A DNA stretch of 64,000 nucleotides from Candidatus Aenigmatarchaeota archaeon (GCA_016432325.1 CP066684.1:384001-448000), one strand, 5' to 3'; positions 17,140 to 27,132 are shown, counted from the first letter of the stretch. The notes: generated by a model from the letters alone, not told the origin. Numbers and translations: made by a program.

Positions 17140-17807
17140 CCGGCCGCGTCGCCGCTTTTCATCCGCTTTCCGAGGATTTTCTTTATGTGGGGCAGCGTAT
17201 CGTCGTACACGTGCGCGCTGGTGGAGAACGTTGAAATGGCGCCGAGACGCGCTCCGAGCTTGCCCGCGACGTACTTCTGCAGGACGTACGTCTGATAGAT
17301 ATTCGCGGGCCAGCCGAAGAACATGTCGTTGCTTCTTATGAACGCAGTCGCGTTCAGGGCTCCTTCGCGCAGCTTGAAGTCGAAGGCTACTATGCCCGGC
17401 ATCTCCCGCCCGCTTGCCTGCGAATCATGCCGCGTGTCCCACGTCAGCAGAACGGCTCGTCCCGTCTCCGGACGATTCTTGAGCAACGGTATCAGAAAGT
17501 CGTCCACCTGGTTTTTGCTGTCAACGTTGAAGAGTCTGGGGCCGTATGTGTAAATGTAGTTCCTAGTTTTGCCCGTGGGCATGACGCACTCCTCTATCTC
17601 CTCCAGCGAAGGATACACCCACCTTCCCAGCGAGTTTAGGGCGGTTATCGGTTCCTCTATCCTCTTTGCAACCTGAAGGACTGTCACGAGCAGATTGAGG
17701 CAGTCTATCGAATCCCTTTGCCTGTGGTGCACCGGTTTGCCGTGCTGCATCACGTACGCGAGCACGCTCTTCCACGCCTTCAATGCGTCTTGTGATATGA
17801 TCTCCAA
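17136..17807 (-). CDS. Thymidylate synthase-like protein lacking the catalytic Cys
   Basis: YTYGPRL, RSNDMFFGWPAN, SAHVY; MPG in place of PC; likely TTG start 17807. Confidence 0.8.
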   Translation of the reverse strand: MEIISQDALKAWKSVLAYVMQHGKPVHHRQRDSIDCLNLLVTVLQVAKRIEEPITALNSLGRWVYPSLEEIEECVMPTGKTRNYIYTYGPRLFNVDSKNQVDDFLIPLLKNRPETGRAVLLTWDTRHDSQASGREMPGIVAFDFKLREGALNATAFIRSNDMFFGWPANIYQTYVLQKYVAGKLGARLGAISTFSTSAHVYDDTLPHIKKILGKRMKSGDAAG

Positions 17808-17817
17808 TGGAAACGCC

Positions 17818-19419
17818 TCACGCAAACGTCTGCAGATTCTTCAGTTCGCCTTTGGGCGCGTCGGCCTCGTATGCGAAGAAAGGCAGCCTGTAAGTACTCA
17901 GCAGTATGTTCACTTCTCTAAGCGCCTCCTCTGGATTTGACTCGCCTTTCTTATGCAGAGTCATCTGGAAGCCGCCGCCTAACATGTCCGACAGCAGTTC
18001 TTTCGAGCGCACGTTCTCCCGGAAGCCGTCGGAATGGAAGTCTCTGAGAGACGAAATCTCGAGACGGTCGCGGTTCAACGGAGTTGAGAAGAGACCTGCC
18101 GGCGTCGACGGGTTAACCATCGAGAAAACGGCCTGGAAGCGTGTTGGCATGCCGCACGACACGTAAATGTCCTCTTGGCTCGTGCAGAACGCGCGCGTAC
18201 GCTTGCGCATTATCCTGAAGACGCCCTCCATCACGCCCGAGTCGTACGCAGTCCGCAAGAAATCGTAGTTCCAGAAGCGTATGTAGTCCCTTGCTATCAT
18301 AAGAGCGTCCCTGCCGCCTGAGAGGTTGAGCAGGTGCTTGAAGCACGCGTCTGTCCTGCGCGCCTGCATCGAACTGGCGGAGAAGAGCGTTTTGAGAGTT
18401 CTGTGCATCAGGTCTTCAAACGCGTTGAATGAAAACTCCGCAGACTCGCAGAACTTCTTTATGTCCACCATGAGAGTCGTCTGGGCCGCGACCAGCGCCT
18501 TCGGCTGTTTGTCCAATGCCAGCCATTCCGCGTCGTCGAACGTGTAAGGCCCCGCCTTGCCCATCAAATATGGGGATTTCACAATATCCTTGTTCTTGAA
18601 GAAGACCTTCCTGGCCTTGTAGACGTTGAAGACCTCCTCGAAAAATTCGTAGTTGCCCTGAAGTTCTTTCGTGCTGGTTTCAAAGATGAACTTCACCGTG
18701 TGTTCAGCCGGAGCGTTCATCTTGAGCATCTGCAAAAGCCTCTGCCTGCCCTGCGGGCTGAGCTGCGACGGATCGACGATTACACTGAACCGGCGGTCGA
18801 AGTCCTTGCAGTCCACAAGCATCCGCTTGCAGAACTCGACCAGCTTTTCCGCCGAGTTCGCGTTGACGTGATTGGTGAAGTTGTTGACCGCGATGACGTC
18901 GTTTATCTCCGAGTAGAGGGGAGCCGCGGCCCTGTAGAGGGAAGAGAGGTCCTCCATGTCAAGCACGACGGCGTTTGCGCTGTCAAGCCAAGCCTCGCCC
19001 CCGAAACGGACGGCTATCTTCTTTTCCTCAAACGCCCCCGTGGGAAGGTTTGCGACGCGCGGCTTAGACAAAACGAGACGCCTCTTCCTATAGTCTCCGA
19101 AGACTATCTCCTCGTCCCCGTCGATGTCAAGCGCGTAGTATTTCTCGCCGCTCGTGTCCGTCCGCGTAACGCGCACCAGCTCTTTCTCGATAAGCCTGTT
19201 CAGATGGTAGAGGACGCGCCTGTGAAGCTGGGCCTTCATGCCCTTGGCCCTCCTGACTTCCTGAGGTGGCACGTATTGGCTTGTCAGGACCTTGTCTATC
19301 CTGGAGAATTCGTCTGCGTAAACGACGGAAGCAACATCCGACGTGGACATCCCTTCCTGCCTTCCCCTGAAAGCCAGCAGGACGTCTTGAGAACGCTTTT
19401 CCTTCACGATCCCCACCAA
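17818..19419 (-). CDS. Large protein with N-terminal winged HTH and unknown C-terminal domains
   Basis: STSDVA...LHRRVLYHLNRLIEKELVRV...GEKYYAL. Confidence 0.75.
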   Translation of the reverse strand: MVGIVKEKRSQDVLLAFRGRQEGMSTSDVASVVYADEFSRIDKVLTSQYVPPQEVRRAKGMKAQLHRRVLYHLNRLIEKELVRVTRTDTSGEKYYALDIDGDEEIVFGDYRKRRLVLSKPRVANLPTGAFEEKKIAVRFGGEAWLDSANAVVLDMEDLSSLYRAAAPLYSEINDVIAVNNFTNHVNANSAEKLVEFCKRMLVDCKDFDRRFSVIVDPSQLSPQGRQRLLQMLKMNAPAEHTVKFIFETSTKELQGNYEFFEEVFNVYKARKVFFKNKDIVKSPYLMGKAGPYTFDDAEWLALDKQPKALVAAQTTLMVDIKKFCESAEFSFNAFEDLMHRTLKTLFSASSMQARRTDACFKHLLNLSGGRDALMIARDYIRFWNYDFLRTAYDSGVMEGVFRIMRKRTRAFCTSQEDIYVSCGMPTRFQAVFSMVNPSTPAGLFSTPLNRDRLEISSLRDFHSDGFRENVRSKELLSDMLGGGFQMTLHKKGESNPEEALREVNILLSTYRLPFFAYEADAPKGELKNLQTFA

Positions 19420-19434
19420 CGTTGCTTTCTGTAT

Positions 19435-19549
19435 AACCCTGAAGCTATTTAATCCCCGTTTCAGGATAATCCTGACACAGTTGTACTTTATTCTGACACG
19501 CTGAAAACAGAAGCGCTCCGTTCAGGGTTTCGTAGTATCGTGTCAGGAT
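19435..19549. promoter_or_regulatory. Divergent promoter region with repeated and inverted ATYCTGACAC motifs
   Basis: ATCCTGACAC 19469, ATTCTGACACG 19490, CGTGTCAGGAT 19539, TCAGGAT 19461. Confidence 0.55.
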
Positions 19550-19595
19550 AGCTCTTGCGGCGGGCATTAAGTGCGTCCCTGATGCAGAAGGAGGC

Positions 19596-20210
19596 GTGCC
19601 AGCCGTATCAGAATCGTTTGATGCAATCGGCCTCTCCGAATACGAAGGGCGGGCATATGCTGCTCTTTTGAGGGTTCCCGAAGCCACGGGCCCGTGGGTG
19701 GCTCGCTCCTCGGGAGTGCCCCTTTCCAAAATCTACGAAGTCATGGCCCGCCTTGCAGAGAAAGGATTTGCCCTCTGCGGGCCTGACGCCAAGCCGAGAA
19801 AATACAAGGCAGTAGATCCTTCGATATCAATTGAGGCATTTGTAGAGGCCAGGAAATCGCGTCTCGAGAATGCGAAGACCCTTCTTCTCGCAAGGCTCTC
19901 CACGAAGATGTCCAGCGAGCAGGACAGGAGCATCTGGATTGTGAAGGGCCAGTACGCTGTTGAAACTCTCATGACATCGCTCATAAGGAAAGCCTCGAAT
20001 AGCGTCGTCTACAGGCATTCCTCGGACAGGAACAAATTCGTTCGCGCCAGACTCGAGGAGGTCGCTGCAAAAGGCATTGCCGTGGATTCCAAGCCGAGCG
20101 AGACGACGGCTAACCTTCTGAACGTGGACGGCCGCGAGTTGCTCGTGTACGCAAGCAAAGGCGAAGTGCTCTGGATACGCGATCCGCGCTACCTCAGGCG
20201 AGGCGAATAG
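19596..20210 (+). CDS. TrmB family transcriptional regulator
   Basis: GLSEYEGRAYAALL, SGVPLSKIYEVMARLAEKG, PRKYKAVDP. Confidence 0.9.
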   Translation: MPAVSESFDAIGLSEYEGRAYAALLRVPEATGPWVARSSGVPLSKIYEVMARLAEKGFALCGPDAKPRKYKAVDPSISIEAFVEARKSRLENAKTLLLARLSTKMSSEQDRSIWIVKGQYAVETLMTSLIRKASNSVVYRHSSDRNKFVRARLEEVAAKGIAVDSKPSETTANLLNVDGRELLVYASKGEVLWIRDPRYLRRGE

Positions 20211-20241
20211 GTTTTTATACTGCGGCAACCAAACCGCTCTC

Positions 20242-20913
20242 ATGGTCTTTGGAACGCTCAAGAAACTGGTCGGGGGCAAGAAGGAACCGCAGGGCCCGCC
20301 TGTCAGGCCTATCCTCGAATCCAGACCGAGACATCTTCCCCCCGAAGCCGCGCGCATACCCACGCTCGAAGACATTCCCGGCATGCAAGGCCCTCCTGAA
20401 ATTCCTGAGCCTCCTCTGACGCCTTCCATGCAAGGACGGTTTGGAACAACAGTTCCAGAGCCTCCCATGGCTCCTACAATGCAGGGATTGCGTGGAACGC
20501 TTGGCTCGGAATCCCAAATGGCGCCGCAGTCCTCTCCTTTCGAAACGTCTTCTGCAGAACCTCCTTTGCCACCGCAGATGGAGGAACGCAGGAAGCAGAG
20601 AATCGAAACGTTCAGGCGTTCGCGCGAACCGCTTCAATGGCCGCCTCCCCCGGAAGGGAGGTTCGGAACAGCTGTTCCGATGGTCGCGTCAGCGCCTTCA
20701 TCGGAATGGGCTCCGACTCCTTCTCCTGTCACACCACCACAGCAGTGGCCTGCCCCGCAGCAACAGGCTCCGCCCGAACGTCTGCAAAGACGACCGCAAA
20801 CGGTCGAAGGAGGCCTCGCAACAGTCATAGACCATCTCGATCGCATCGAGCAGAGGATAATCGATCTGGACAGGCGGCTCGCGATGTTGGAGAGCGCGGC
20901 AAGGATACGCTAG
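20242..20913 (+). CDS. Proline-rich disordered protein with C-terminal coiled coil
   Basis: P-rich core; IDHLDRIEQRIIDLDRRLAMLE. Confidence 0.75.
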   Translation: MVFGTLKKLVGGKKEPQGPPVRPILESRPRHLPPEAARIPTLEDIPGMQGPPEIPEPPLTPSMQGRFGTTVPEPPMAPTMQGLRGTLGSESQMAPQSSPFETSSAEPPLPPQMEERRKQRIETFRRSREPLQWPPPPEGRFGTAVPMVASAPSSEWAPTPSPVTPPQQWPAPQQQAPPERLQRRPQTVEGGLATVIDHLDRIEQRIIDLDRRLAMLESAARIR

Positions 20914-21116
20914 CGTCTGGCCGTCCTGCGGACGATGATTGAAAACACCGCGCCCAGAGGAGGCACGAGAATGGCCTGCATCCCGACCCACGCCAGATAT
21001 TGGTCCCACGTTGTCTTTACTACGAACAACATGTAAGGTGGCAGCATGACTGTCCAGTAGACGAAGGACATGAGCGCGTCCTTGGCAAACTGCTTCGCGA
21101 ATTCCTTCCGAATCAT
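20910..21116 (-). CDS. Small membrane protein
   Basis: Two TM segments; ATGA-coupled to the upstream gene. Confidence 0.7.
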   Translation of the reverse strand: MIRKEFAKQFAKDALMSFVYWTVMLPPYMLFVVKTTWDQYLAWVGMQAILVPPLGAVFSIIVRRTARR

Positions 21117-21613
21117 TCGAAGACGACCTCCGCCTTCTTTCCCGTGACCGCGCGGACTATCGCTTCCACTTCTTCCTTGCGCAATTGCGGAGGGGCGCTC
21201 CTGCGCTTCACGCGGAGTTTGTAACGTTCACCGTCTGCGCCAAATACCTTGTTTATTCCAACCAACGTGGTTTTTCCCAGAAGTTCCTTCGCAACGTCCT
21301 CCACGGTTCCTTCTTCCACTATCTTGATGCGCTTGCCGAGCCTTTCCTGCAGCGTCGTTATAATCGTGCCTCCCTTGCCTATCATCTTTCCCGCGACTCC
21401 CTTCGGCACAATGAGCAGGATTATGTTATCCACTTCGCGCGCAGACTTGAACCCTCCGGCTTCTATGGACTTGAACTTGTCTTTTAGCGAGTACAGGATA
21501 CGCGATATCTCAATCTCCGTGTGCGTTATCTCGCCAGTATCAAGCTTGCGCTGGCAACCCGCGCAGAGTATGTCCTCGTTTTTCAAACAGACTTCGCAGA
21601 GGGGTGATTTCAT
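21113..21613 (-). CDS. NusA-like KH-domain protein with N-terminal Zn finger
   Basis: CEVC...LCAGC, GKMIGKGG, LGKRIKIVE. Confidence 0.85.
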   Translation of the reverse strand: MKSPLCEVCLKNEDILCAGCQRKLDTGEITHTEIEISRILYSLKDKFKSIEAGGFKSAREVDNIILLIVPKGVAGKMIGKGGTIITTLQERLGKRIKIVEEGTVEDVAKELLGKTTLVGINKVFGADGERYKLRVKRRSAPPQLRKEEVEAIVRAVTGKKAEVVFE

Positions 21614-21663
21614 GCCTGATGTGAGCGAACAACGTTTATATGCGTTTGCGCGAGCGTCTTCTC

Positions 21664-21912
21664 ATGCCCTCCACAGAAGAACAACTTAAAACGGAAATCA
21701 AGAAATGGACTGCGCGTCTCGACGACTCCCTGATGAACACGCGCGGGACGACTCAAAAAGGAGTTGAATTTCTCACGAACGTCAAGGCGTACCAAGAAGA
21801 CTCCCTTCATTTCATGGAACGCGGCGACCTCGTCCGCGCGTTCGAGGCGCTGCTGTGGGCATGGGCCTATCTGTCCATAGCGAAGGAACTAGAGATGGTG
21901 ATGGAGAAGTAG
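21664..21912 (+). CDS. DUF357 family protein
   Basis: AYQEDSLHFMERGDLVRAFEALLWAWAYL. Confidence 0.85.
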   Translation: MPSTEEQLKTEIKKWTARLDDSLMNTRGTTQKGVEFLTNVKAYQEDSLHFMERGDLVRAFEALLWAWAYLSIAKELEMVMEK

Positions 21913-21957
21913 TTGTGAAGCAGGGCTTCGCGCCCTGCTCCGTTTCTTATGCGGCGT

Positions 21958-22386
21958 TTAAACGTCCAGAACCACGAAAGCCTGCCAGCCTTCGCGCGTT
22001 CGTTCGACACGGAACATGTGGTATGTGATTGCCTTCACGTCCACAGAAAGGTCGTGTCTCTTCGAATCCAGCTTTTCTCCGTAGAGCGTGGCTTTGCATG
22101 CGATTTCGCTTATCTCGTCTATCTTAATCTTGCCGAACAGTAGGCGCTCCGCGTCTTTGAGGAACACGAACTCCTGCAGGAAGTTGAACATCAGGTTCTC
22201 GACGTCAGAACCCTCGACGTCTACGGTCTTCGTGACCTTCGTGTGCACGCTCGCGAGGTTGCGGACCATCGTATTCGTCACGGCCAAACCCGCGGATTCA
22301 AAAAGTTCCTTCAGGTCTTTTCCCGAAGCTTCGAATGCAACGTCGGCGAGCGAGACGTCTTCTACGAAATGATATGACATGGTCAT
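21958..22386 (-). CDS. Archease
   Basis: ADVAFEASG, DVKAITYH, VLDV C-terminus; next to rtcB. Confidence 0.95.
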   Translation of the reverse strand: MTMSYHFVEDVSLADVAFEASGKDLKELFESAGLAVTNTMVRNLASVHTKVTKTVDVEGSDVENLMFNFLQEFVFLKDAERLLFGKIKIDEISEIACKATLYGEKLDSKRHDLSVDVKAITYHMFRVERTREGWQAFVVLDV

Positions 22387-23936
22387 CCCTTCACGTTGCC
22401 CACAGGGATGAGACGCACCACAGGCTTCGAAATGTCTGCCTTTGCCGTGGCGTCGATGACCTCATCGATGTCCTTGTAAGCGAATCCGGCCTCCTCGGCG
22501 AGGCCCGAGTATGACACGGACTTCACGTAGATTCCTTTCTTTATCATCGGATTTATGACCAGTTCTTCCACTTTTCTTCTCTCTATTGCTCGGGCCTTGT
22601 CTCTCGGCATGTCTCTGGTGTTTCCCACAATCTCGCGTATGGCGCGCGTGCGGGACATCGTGCGCCCCGCGCCGTGGGCCGTCGAACCAAACGTCTGTTC
22701 TTCGGCGCCCTTGGTTCCGACAAGCAGGTACGAACCGGTTTCCATGGACCCGCCGATTATAACGGGCTGGCCTATGTCGCGGTACGCTTTCGGAATATTA
22801 GGGTTTCCCGGGCCGAGAGAACGCGTCGCGCCCTTTCGGTGTATCAGAAGCTTCTTTTTCTTGCCGTCGACCTCGTACTCCTCCAGCTTCGCCGTGTTGT
22901 GAGCCACGTCGTATATCTGTCTCATGCCAAGCGCCTCGGCGTCCTTTCCGAAGATTTGAGCGAAGGCCTCGCGAATCCTGTGCGCTATCATCTGGCGGTT
23001 CGCAAAGCTGAAGTTGATGCCGCACTTCATGGCGGCGAAGTAGTCCTGTCCCTCTTTCGACGTGAAAGGCGCGCAAGCCAGTTCGCGGTCAAGAATCTTG
23101 ATGCCGTACTTGCTCTCCATCACGCTCAGGAAGAGCTGCAGGTAGTCCGTAGCCACCTGATGGCCGAAACCGCGCGAACCGCAGTGGAACATCACGACCA
23201 CTTGTCCGGGGAATATTCCGAGTTTCTTCGCGTACTCCTCGTCGAAGATGTTCTCCTTCTTCACGACCTGTATCTCAAGATAGTGGTTGCCGGAGCCGAG
23301 CGTTCCGACCTGACCGAGCCCGCGCTTAACGGCTTTGTCGCTGACACGCGACTCGTCGGCTCCCTCGGCATTGCCTTCCTCCTCTGTGACGGCTAGGTCT
23401 TCCTTCCAGCCGTATCCCTTCTCGACGCACCATTCCGCGCCGCTGCTTATCATCTCCCTGAACTGACCGTGGCTCAGCTTGGCAAACCCCGCCGCGTCGT
23501 CAAAGGCCGCGGAGCCGACTCCCGCAGGCACGCGGTCATAGAGGAGATTCACGAGCTGCTTCAGCTTGGGCTCGACGTCTTTCCATGTCAAGTCCGTCCT
23601 GAGAAGACGCATGCCGCAGTTGATGTCGAATCCTATTCCTCCGGGAGAGATGACGCCGCCGTTTTCAATATCCATCGCGGCGACGCCTCCTATAGGGAAG
23701 CCGTACCCGGAGTGGCCGTCGGGCATGCACATAGCGGCGCGCACAATTCCGGGAAGAGTGGCGACGTTCGTTATCTGATCAAAGACATGGGCGTCCATCT
23801 CACCGAGAAGTTTTTTTGTGGTAAACACCTGCGCAGGCACGCGCATGCCCTGCTTGAAGGACGTGGGCACCTCCCAAATCACATCGCTTATGCGATTGAA
23901 ATCCGGCTTCTTGAACTCCCTGTCGTGGAAAGACAT
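22383..23936 (-). CDS. rtcB: RNA ligase RtcB (start 23936 or 23963)
   Basis: MPDGHSGYGFPIGGV, GFDINCG, GSGNHYLE, HCGSRG, HRKGATR, HGAGR, YKDID. Confidence 0.97.
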   Translation of the reverse strand: MSFHDREFKKPDFNRISDVIWEVPTSFKQGMRVPAQVFTTKKLLGEMDAHVFDQITNVATLPGIVRAAMCMPDGHSGYGFPIGGVAAMDIENGGVISPGGIGFDINCGMRLLRTDLTWKDVEPKLKQLVNLLYDRVPAGVGSAAFDDAAGFAKLSHGQFREMISSGAEWCVEKGYGWKEDLAVTEEEGNAEGADESRVSDKAVKRGLGQVGTLGSGNHYLEIQVVKKENIFDEEYAKKLGIFPGQVVVMFHCGSRGFGHQVATDYLQLFLSVMESKYGIKILDRELACAPFTSKEGQDYFAAMKCGINFSFANRQMIAHRIREAFAQIFGKDAEALGMRQIYDVAHNTAKLEEYEVDGKKKKLLIHRKGATRSLGPGNPNIPKAYRDIGQPVIIGGSMETGSYLLVGTKGAEEQTFGSTAHGAGRTMSRTRAIREIVGNTRDMPRDKARAIERRKVEELVINPMIKKGIYVKSVSYSGLAEEAGFAYKDIDEVIDATAKADISKPVVRLIPVGNVKG

Positions 23937-23995
23937 TTTATCCCTTTCGATATTCGATGACATGCTTAAATACGCGGGTGGAGTCTCCGTTTCAC

Positions 23996-24643
23996 ATGGG
24001 CTCCAAAGCAGACGCCATTGTAGTTCTTGGCGGCGGTTTGACATCCGACGGCGGCCTCCCCAAGTGGACAGTTGCCCGTCTGGAAGAGGCGCTGAAGCTC
24101 TACACCGGACAATACGTCGTCGTTCTGGGAGGCATGAGCGTACATGTCCCGGCCGTATTGGACGCCGACAAATTTCCCGTATTCGAAGCATTCGTCGAGG
24201 CCGATTATCTCACGCGTCGAGGTGTGGATCCGCTGCGCGTGTTAAAACAGTGGGCTTCCTTCGATACCATAGGAGAGGCATTCTTCACCCGCGTAATGCA
24301 CACAGACCCTCTTAACATCAGGAGGCTTATTGTGATAACATCCGAATTCCACATGCCGCGCACGCGAGAGCTTTTCACATGGATTTTCGGACTCGACGGC
24401 CCCAGGCCTCCTTACGAACTGGAGTTCGTCGCAACACCCAACGAGGGAATGGACGCCGATATCTTGGCTATCCGGCTCGCGAAAGAAGACAAGGCGCTGG
24501 AAGAGATGCGGCCTATCATGAAAAGCGTCCGGAGCATGGAAGAGTTTCACCGCTATCTGTTCTCGCGGCATGGTGCTTATGCCGTGGCGAAGAAAGTCAG
24601 CCGCGAGAGCGGGGATATTCTTAAAACATATAGGAGCGGCTGA
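23996..24643 (+). CDS. YdcF/DUF218 family protein
   Basis: AIVVLGGG, SFDTIGEA, ITSEFHMPR. Confidence 0.88.
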   Translation: MGSKADAIVVLGGGLTSDGGLPKWTVARLEEALKLYTGQYVVVLGGMSVHVPAVLDADKFPVFEAFVEADYLTRRGVDPLRVLKQWASFDTIGEAFFTRVMHTDPLNIRRLIVITSEFHMPRTRELFTWIFGLDGPRPPYELEFVATPNEGMDADILAIRLAKEDKALEEMRPIMKSVRSMEEFHRYLFSRHGAYAVAKKVSRESGDILKTYRSG

Positions 24644-24679
24644 AGGGGTTTAATAGCAACGACGCCCATACAACCTAAT

Positions 24680-25618
24680 ATGAAGTTCCGCGCTCTGGGC
24701 TCTACGGGTTTGAGCGTCAGCGAGATAGGAATGGGCTGCTGGGCCATAGGAGGCGACCAGTTCGGCAACTCGTACGGGCCCACGGACGACGACGTTTCGC
24801 TGGCCGCGATAAGGAAGGCCGTGGACATGGGAGTCGCGTTTTTCGACACAGCGGACGTGTACGGCCACGGACACAGCGAGGAGCTTCTCGGAAAGGCTCT
24901 CGCGAACGTGCGCGACCGCGTGTTCATAGCGACGAAGGTCGGCTACGATTTCTACCAGAAACGCGGCAAGGTTTTCGATGAAGAATACGTCCGCTTTGCT
25001 CTCGAACAGTCCCTCAAAAGGCTCGGCACGAACTACATCGACCTCTACCAGATGCACAACCCTTCGCTCGCAGAGGCGCAAAGCGAAAACGTCTGTGCGG
25101 TCTTCAGGGAGCTCAAGAAAGAAGGGCTGATACGCCACTGGGGCATTTCGATACACGACCCGAAAGAGGGCGTGATTGCAATCAAGACGACCAAGCCCGA
25201 AACGATTCAGGTCGCCTATAATATATTCAACCAGTCCGCGGCACAAGAGCTTTTCGCGGTTGCGAAAGAGAACGGGGTGGGAATCATAGCACGCGAGCCG
25301 CTGGCCAACGGCTTCCTGTCAGGCAAGTACGACGAGACGTCGACGTTCCAGCCCGGGGACGTGAGGAACGACGCGATTGCCAAAGACACGATCGTCACGT
25401 ACGTGCGCATGGCCCGCCGCGTCCATGAACTGCTCAACGAACGCAAAGAAACTCTTGCGCAGCTCGCGCTGAAGTTCGTACTGCAACACGACGCAGTTTC
25501 CGTGGCGATTCCTGGAGCGAAGACGCCAGAACAGGCCGAGGAAAATGCGATGGCCAGCGACGTAATGCCGCTGCAAACCGGCGAGCTGGCGCGGTTGCGT
25601 GGTCTCTATGCGGCGTAG
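24680..25618 (+). CDS. Aldo/keto reductase
   Basis: LGSTGLSVSEIGMG, FDTADVYG, ATK, IDLYQMH, PLANGFL, IPGAK. Confidence 0.95.
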   Translation: MKFRALGSTGLSVSEIGMGCWAIGGDQFGNSYGPTDDDVSLAAIRKAVDMGVAFFDTADVYGHGHSEELLGKALANVRDRVFIATKVGYDFYQKRGKVFDEEYVRFALEQSLKRLGTNYIDLYQMHNPSLAEAQSENVCAVFRELKKEGLIRHWGISIHDPKEGVIAIKTTKPETIQVAYNIFNQSAAQELFAVAKENGVGIIAREPLANGFLSGKYDETSTFQPGDVRNDAIAKDTIVTYVRMARRVHELLNERKETLAQLALKFVLQHDAVSVAIPGAKTPEQAEENAMASDVMPLQTGELARLRGLYAA

Positions 25619-26114
25619 TTACGCGGGTTCATACAGGGACAAAATTGCCGTGTTAGAGAAACTGCTGGACGGCTTTGAAGGCAAGCGCGTGTTGGAGATA
25701 GGTTGCGGAGGAGGCGAAGTCGTGCGCGCTCTGGAAGATACGGGCGCGATAGCAAGCTGCGCGGACGTTGAAAACAGACACGCAAGCGCTTCTCATGTCA
25801 ACTGTTCCGCGACAGAGATATCGCAGATGTTCGAAGGCGAGAGTTTCGACTGCGTTCTCGCGCTTGCCCTGTTCGGTTCGCCGCTCGCGCAGTGGTGCAT
25901 GGAGAACGGCACGAACCTGCGGGAAACTGAAATGACGATACTCGGGCAGGCTCGCGCTGTTCTGAAACCCGGAGGCCTCTTCATCGTCTACAACGCCGAC
26001 TCCTGGCTTCCGCACCTCACAGAGCTGAAAACGAGAGACTTCGAGGCTACGGGCTTCTCGTTGGAAGCCGCGACAGGGAACGACACGCTGATTCTCAGGG
26101 CGGAAAAGCCATAA
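25608..26114 (+). CDS. Class I SAM-dependent methyltransferase
   Basis: VLEIGCGGG, SFDCV, VLKPGG. Confidence 0.85.
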   Translation: MRRSYAGSYRDKIAVLEKLLDGFEGKRVLEIGCGGGEVVRALEDTGAIASCADVENRHASASHVNCSATEISQMFEGESFDCVLALALFGSPLAQWCMENGTNLRETEMTILGQARAVLKPGGLFIVYNADSWLPHLTELKTRDFEATGFSLEAATGNDTLILRAEKP

Positions 26115-26221
26115 GCGTTGCCCGTGGTCGCGCGTCGGGCATCCCTATATAAACCCCGCGCGCCATCTTTTCGCAGGCATTTTTATGCCTTTCCGAGCGA
26201 GATTGCAGAGGTGTTCGTAAG

Positions 26222-26500
26222 ATGCCCGAATTCAAGTCCCCATACACGCGCGGTTACCACCACACGAAGAGCCGCGGGGCCGAGTCCAACGTGATATGCA
26301 GCTTCTGCGGCCGCACAGTGCCGCGCTACAAGACGATAACGCAGTCGCGGGGCTTCCGCCTCAACGACCCCGCCATAATGCAGGCGATGGACGACCGCCG
26401 CTTCATCCACACATTCGCGCGCAAGGAGTACGCCTGCCCGTCCTGCGCGCGCGGCATGAAAATCGTGAAGAAGAGGGACTACGGGAATCAGAGACGATAA
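26222..26500 (+). CDS. rps26e: 30S ribosomal protein S26e
   Basis: RG...VICSFCGRTVPRYK...YACPSCA...IVK. Confidence 0.85.
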   Translation: MPEFKSPYTRGYHHTKSRGAESNVICSFCGRTVPRYKTITQSRGFRLNDPAIMQAMDDRRFIHTFARKEYACPSCARGMKIVKKRDYGNQRR

Positions 26501-26532
26501 CCCTTTTTATAGATATGCCGTGTTTATGGTAC

Positions 26533-27132
26533 ATGGTATTTACCGTAAGCGTCCGGGATACGAGAATTCTTGACGAATCTCTCAGGGCGCGTCGGCCAGT
26601 CACTCTGCCCGACGAATGCACGCACAACAGCCATGTTGTAAGACACCTGCTTTCTTTCGCACCGCGAGTACTGCCTGCGTTCGGAAACCTTGACGAAGAG
26701 GACGTGAAGCGCGTCGCGGACTCTGTCGCCTACCTAATGAGACCCGACTTGATAATTCACGGCATGATTGGTATGGGCCCGCGGCCTGTGGTAACCAAGA
26801 CGCTTCCTGTCATTCATGGGGAAGACGGGGTGCACGTCCACCTGAGAAACGACCCGAAGGTTCTGTCTCCTGACTGGAAGCTGGGGAAGAAAAACGAGTA
26901 TCTGTGGAATACGGGCGCCGAACTTTTCAGATGTTATTCGGGGACTCTGAGCGAGATGCCGTACGCCCTTAAGGAACTGGGAGTCGGCACAGACTACATG
27001 AAACCGGCGTTCGGGCTGGCAGACCTGACCGCGTTCCTTCTGGACCCTAGGGACTTGACGGATTACGACTATACGCCTGAGGAGATAGGCCGCTTCACCC
27101 GCACGCTGGTCAAAGAGATGCGTGAGGTATAA
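26533..27132 (+). CDS. Hypothetical protein flanked by 14-bp direct repeats
   Basis: ATG about 23 nt after TTTTTATA; no recognisable motif. Confidence 0.65.
   Translation: MVFTVSVRDTRILDESLRARRPVTLPDECTHNSHVVRHLLSFAPRVLPAFGNLDEEDVKRVADSVAYLMRPDLIIHGMIGMGPRPVVTKTLPVIHGEDGVHVHLRNDPKVLSPDWKLGKKNEYLWNTGAELFRCYSGTLSEMPYALKELGVGTDYMKPAFGLADLTAFLLDPRDLTDYDYTPEEIGRFTRTLVKEMREV

Noticed and set aside
21919-21939. GC hairpin between convergent DUF357 and archease genes
   Set aside because: No flanking duplication; ordinary terminator-like stem.
23964-24191. Long N-terminal extension of RtcB
   Set aside because: Antisense to the YdcF gene and upstream of the shared TATA box.
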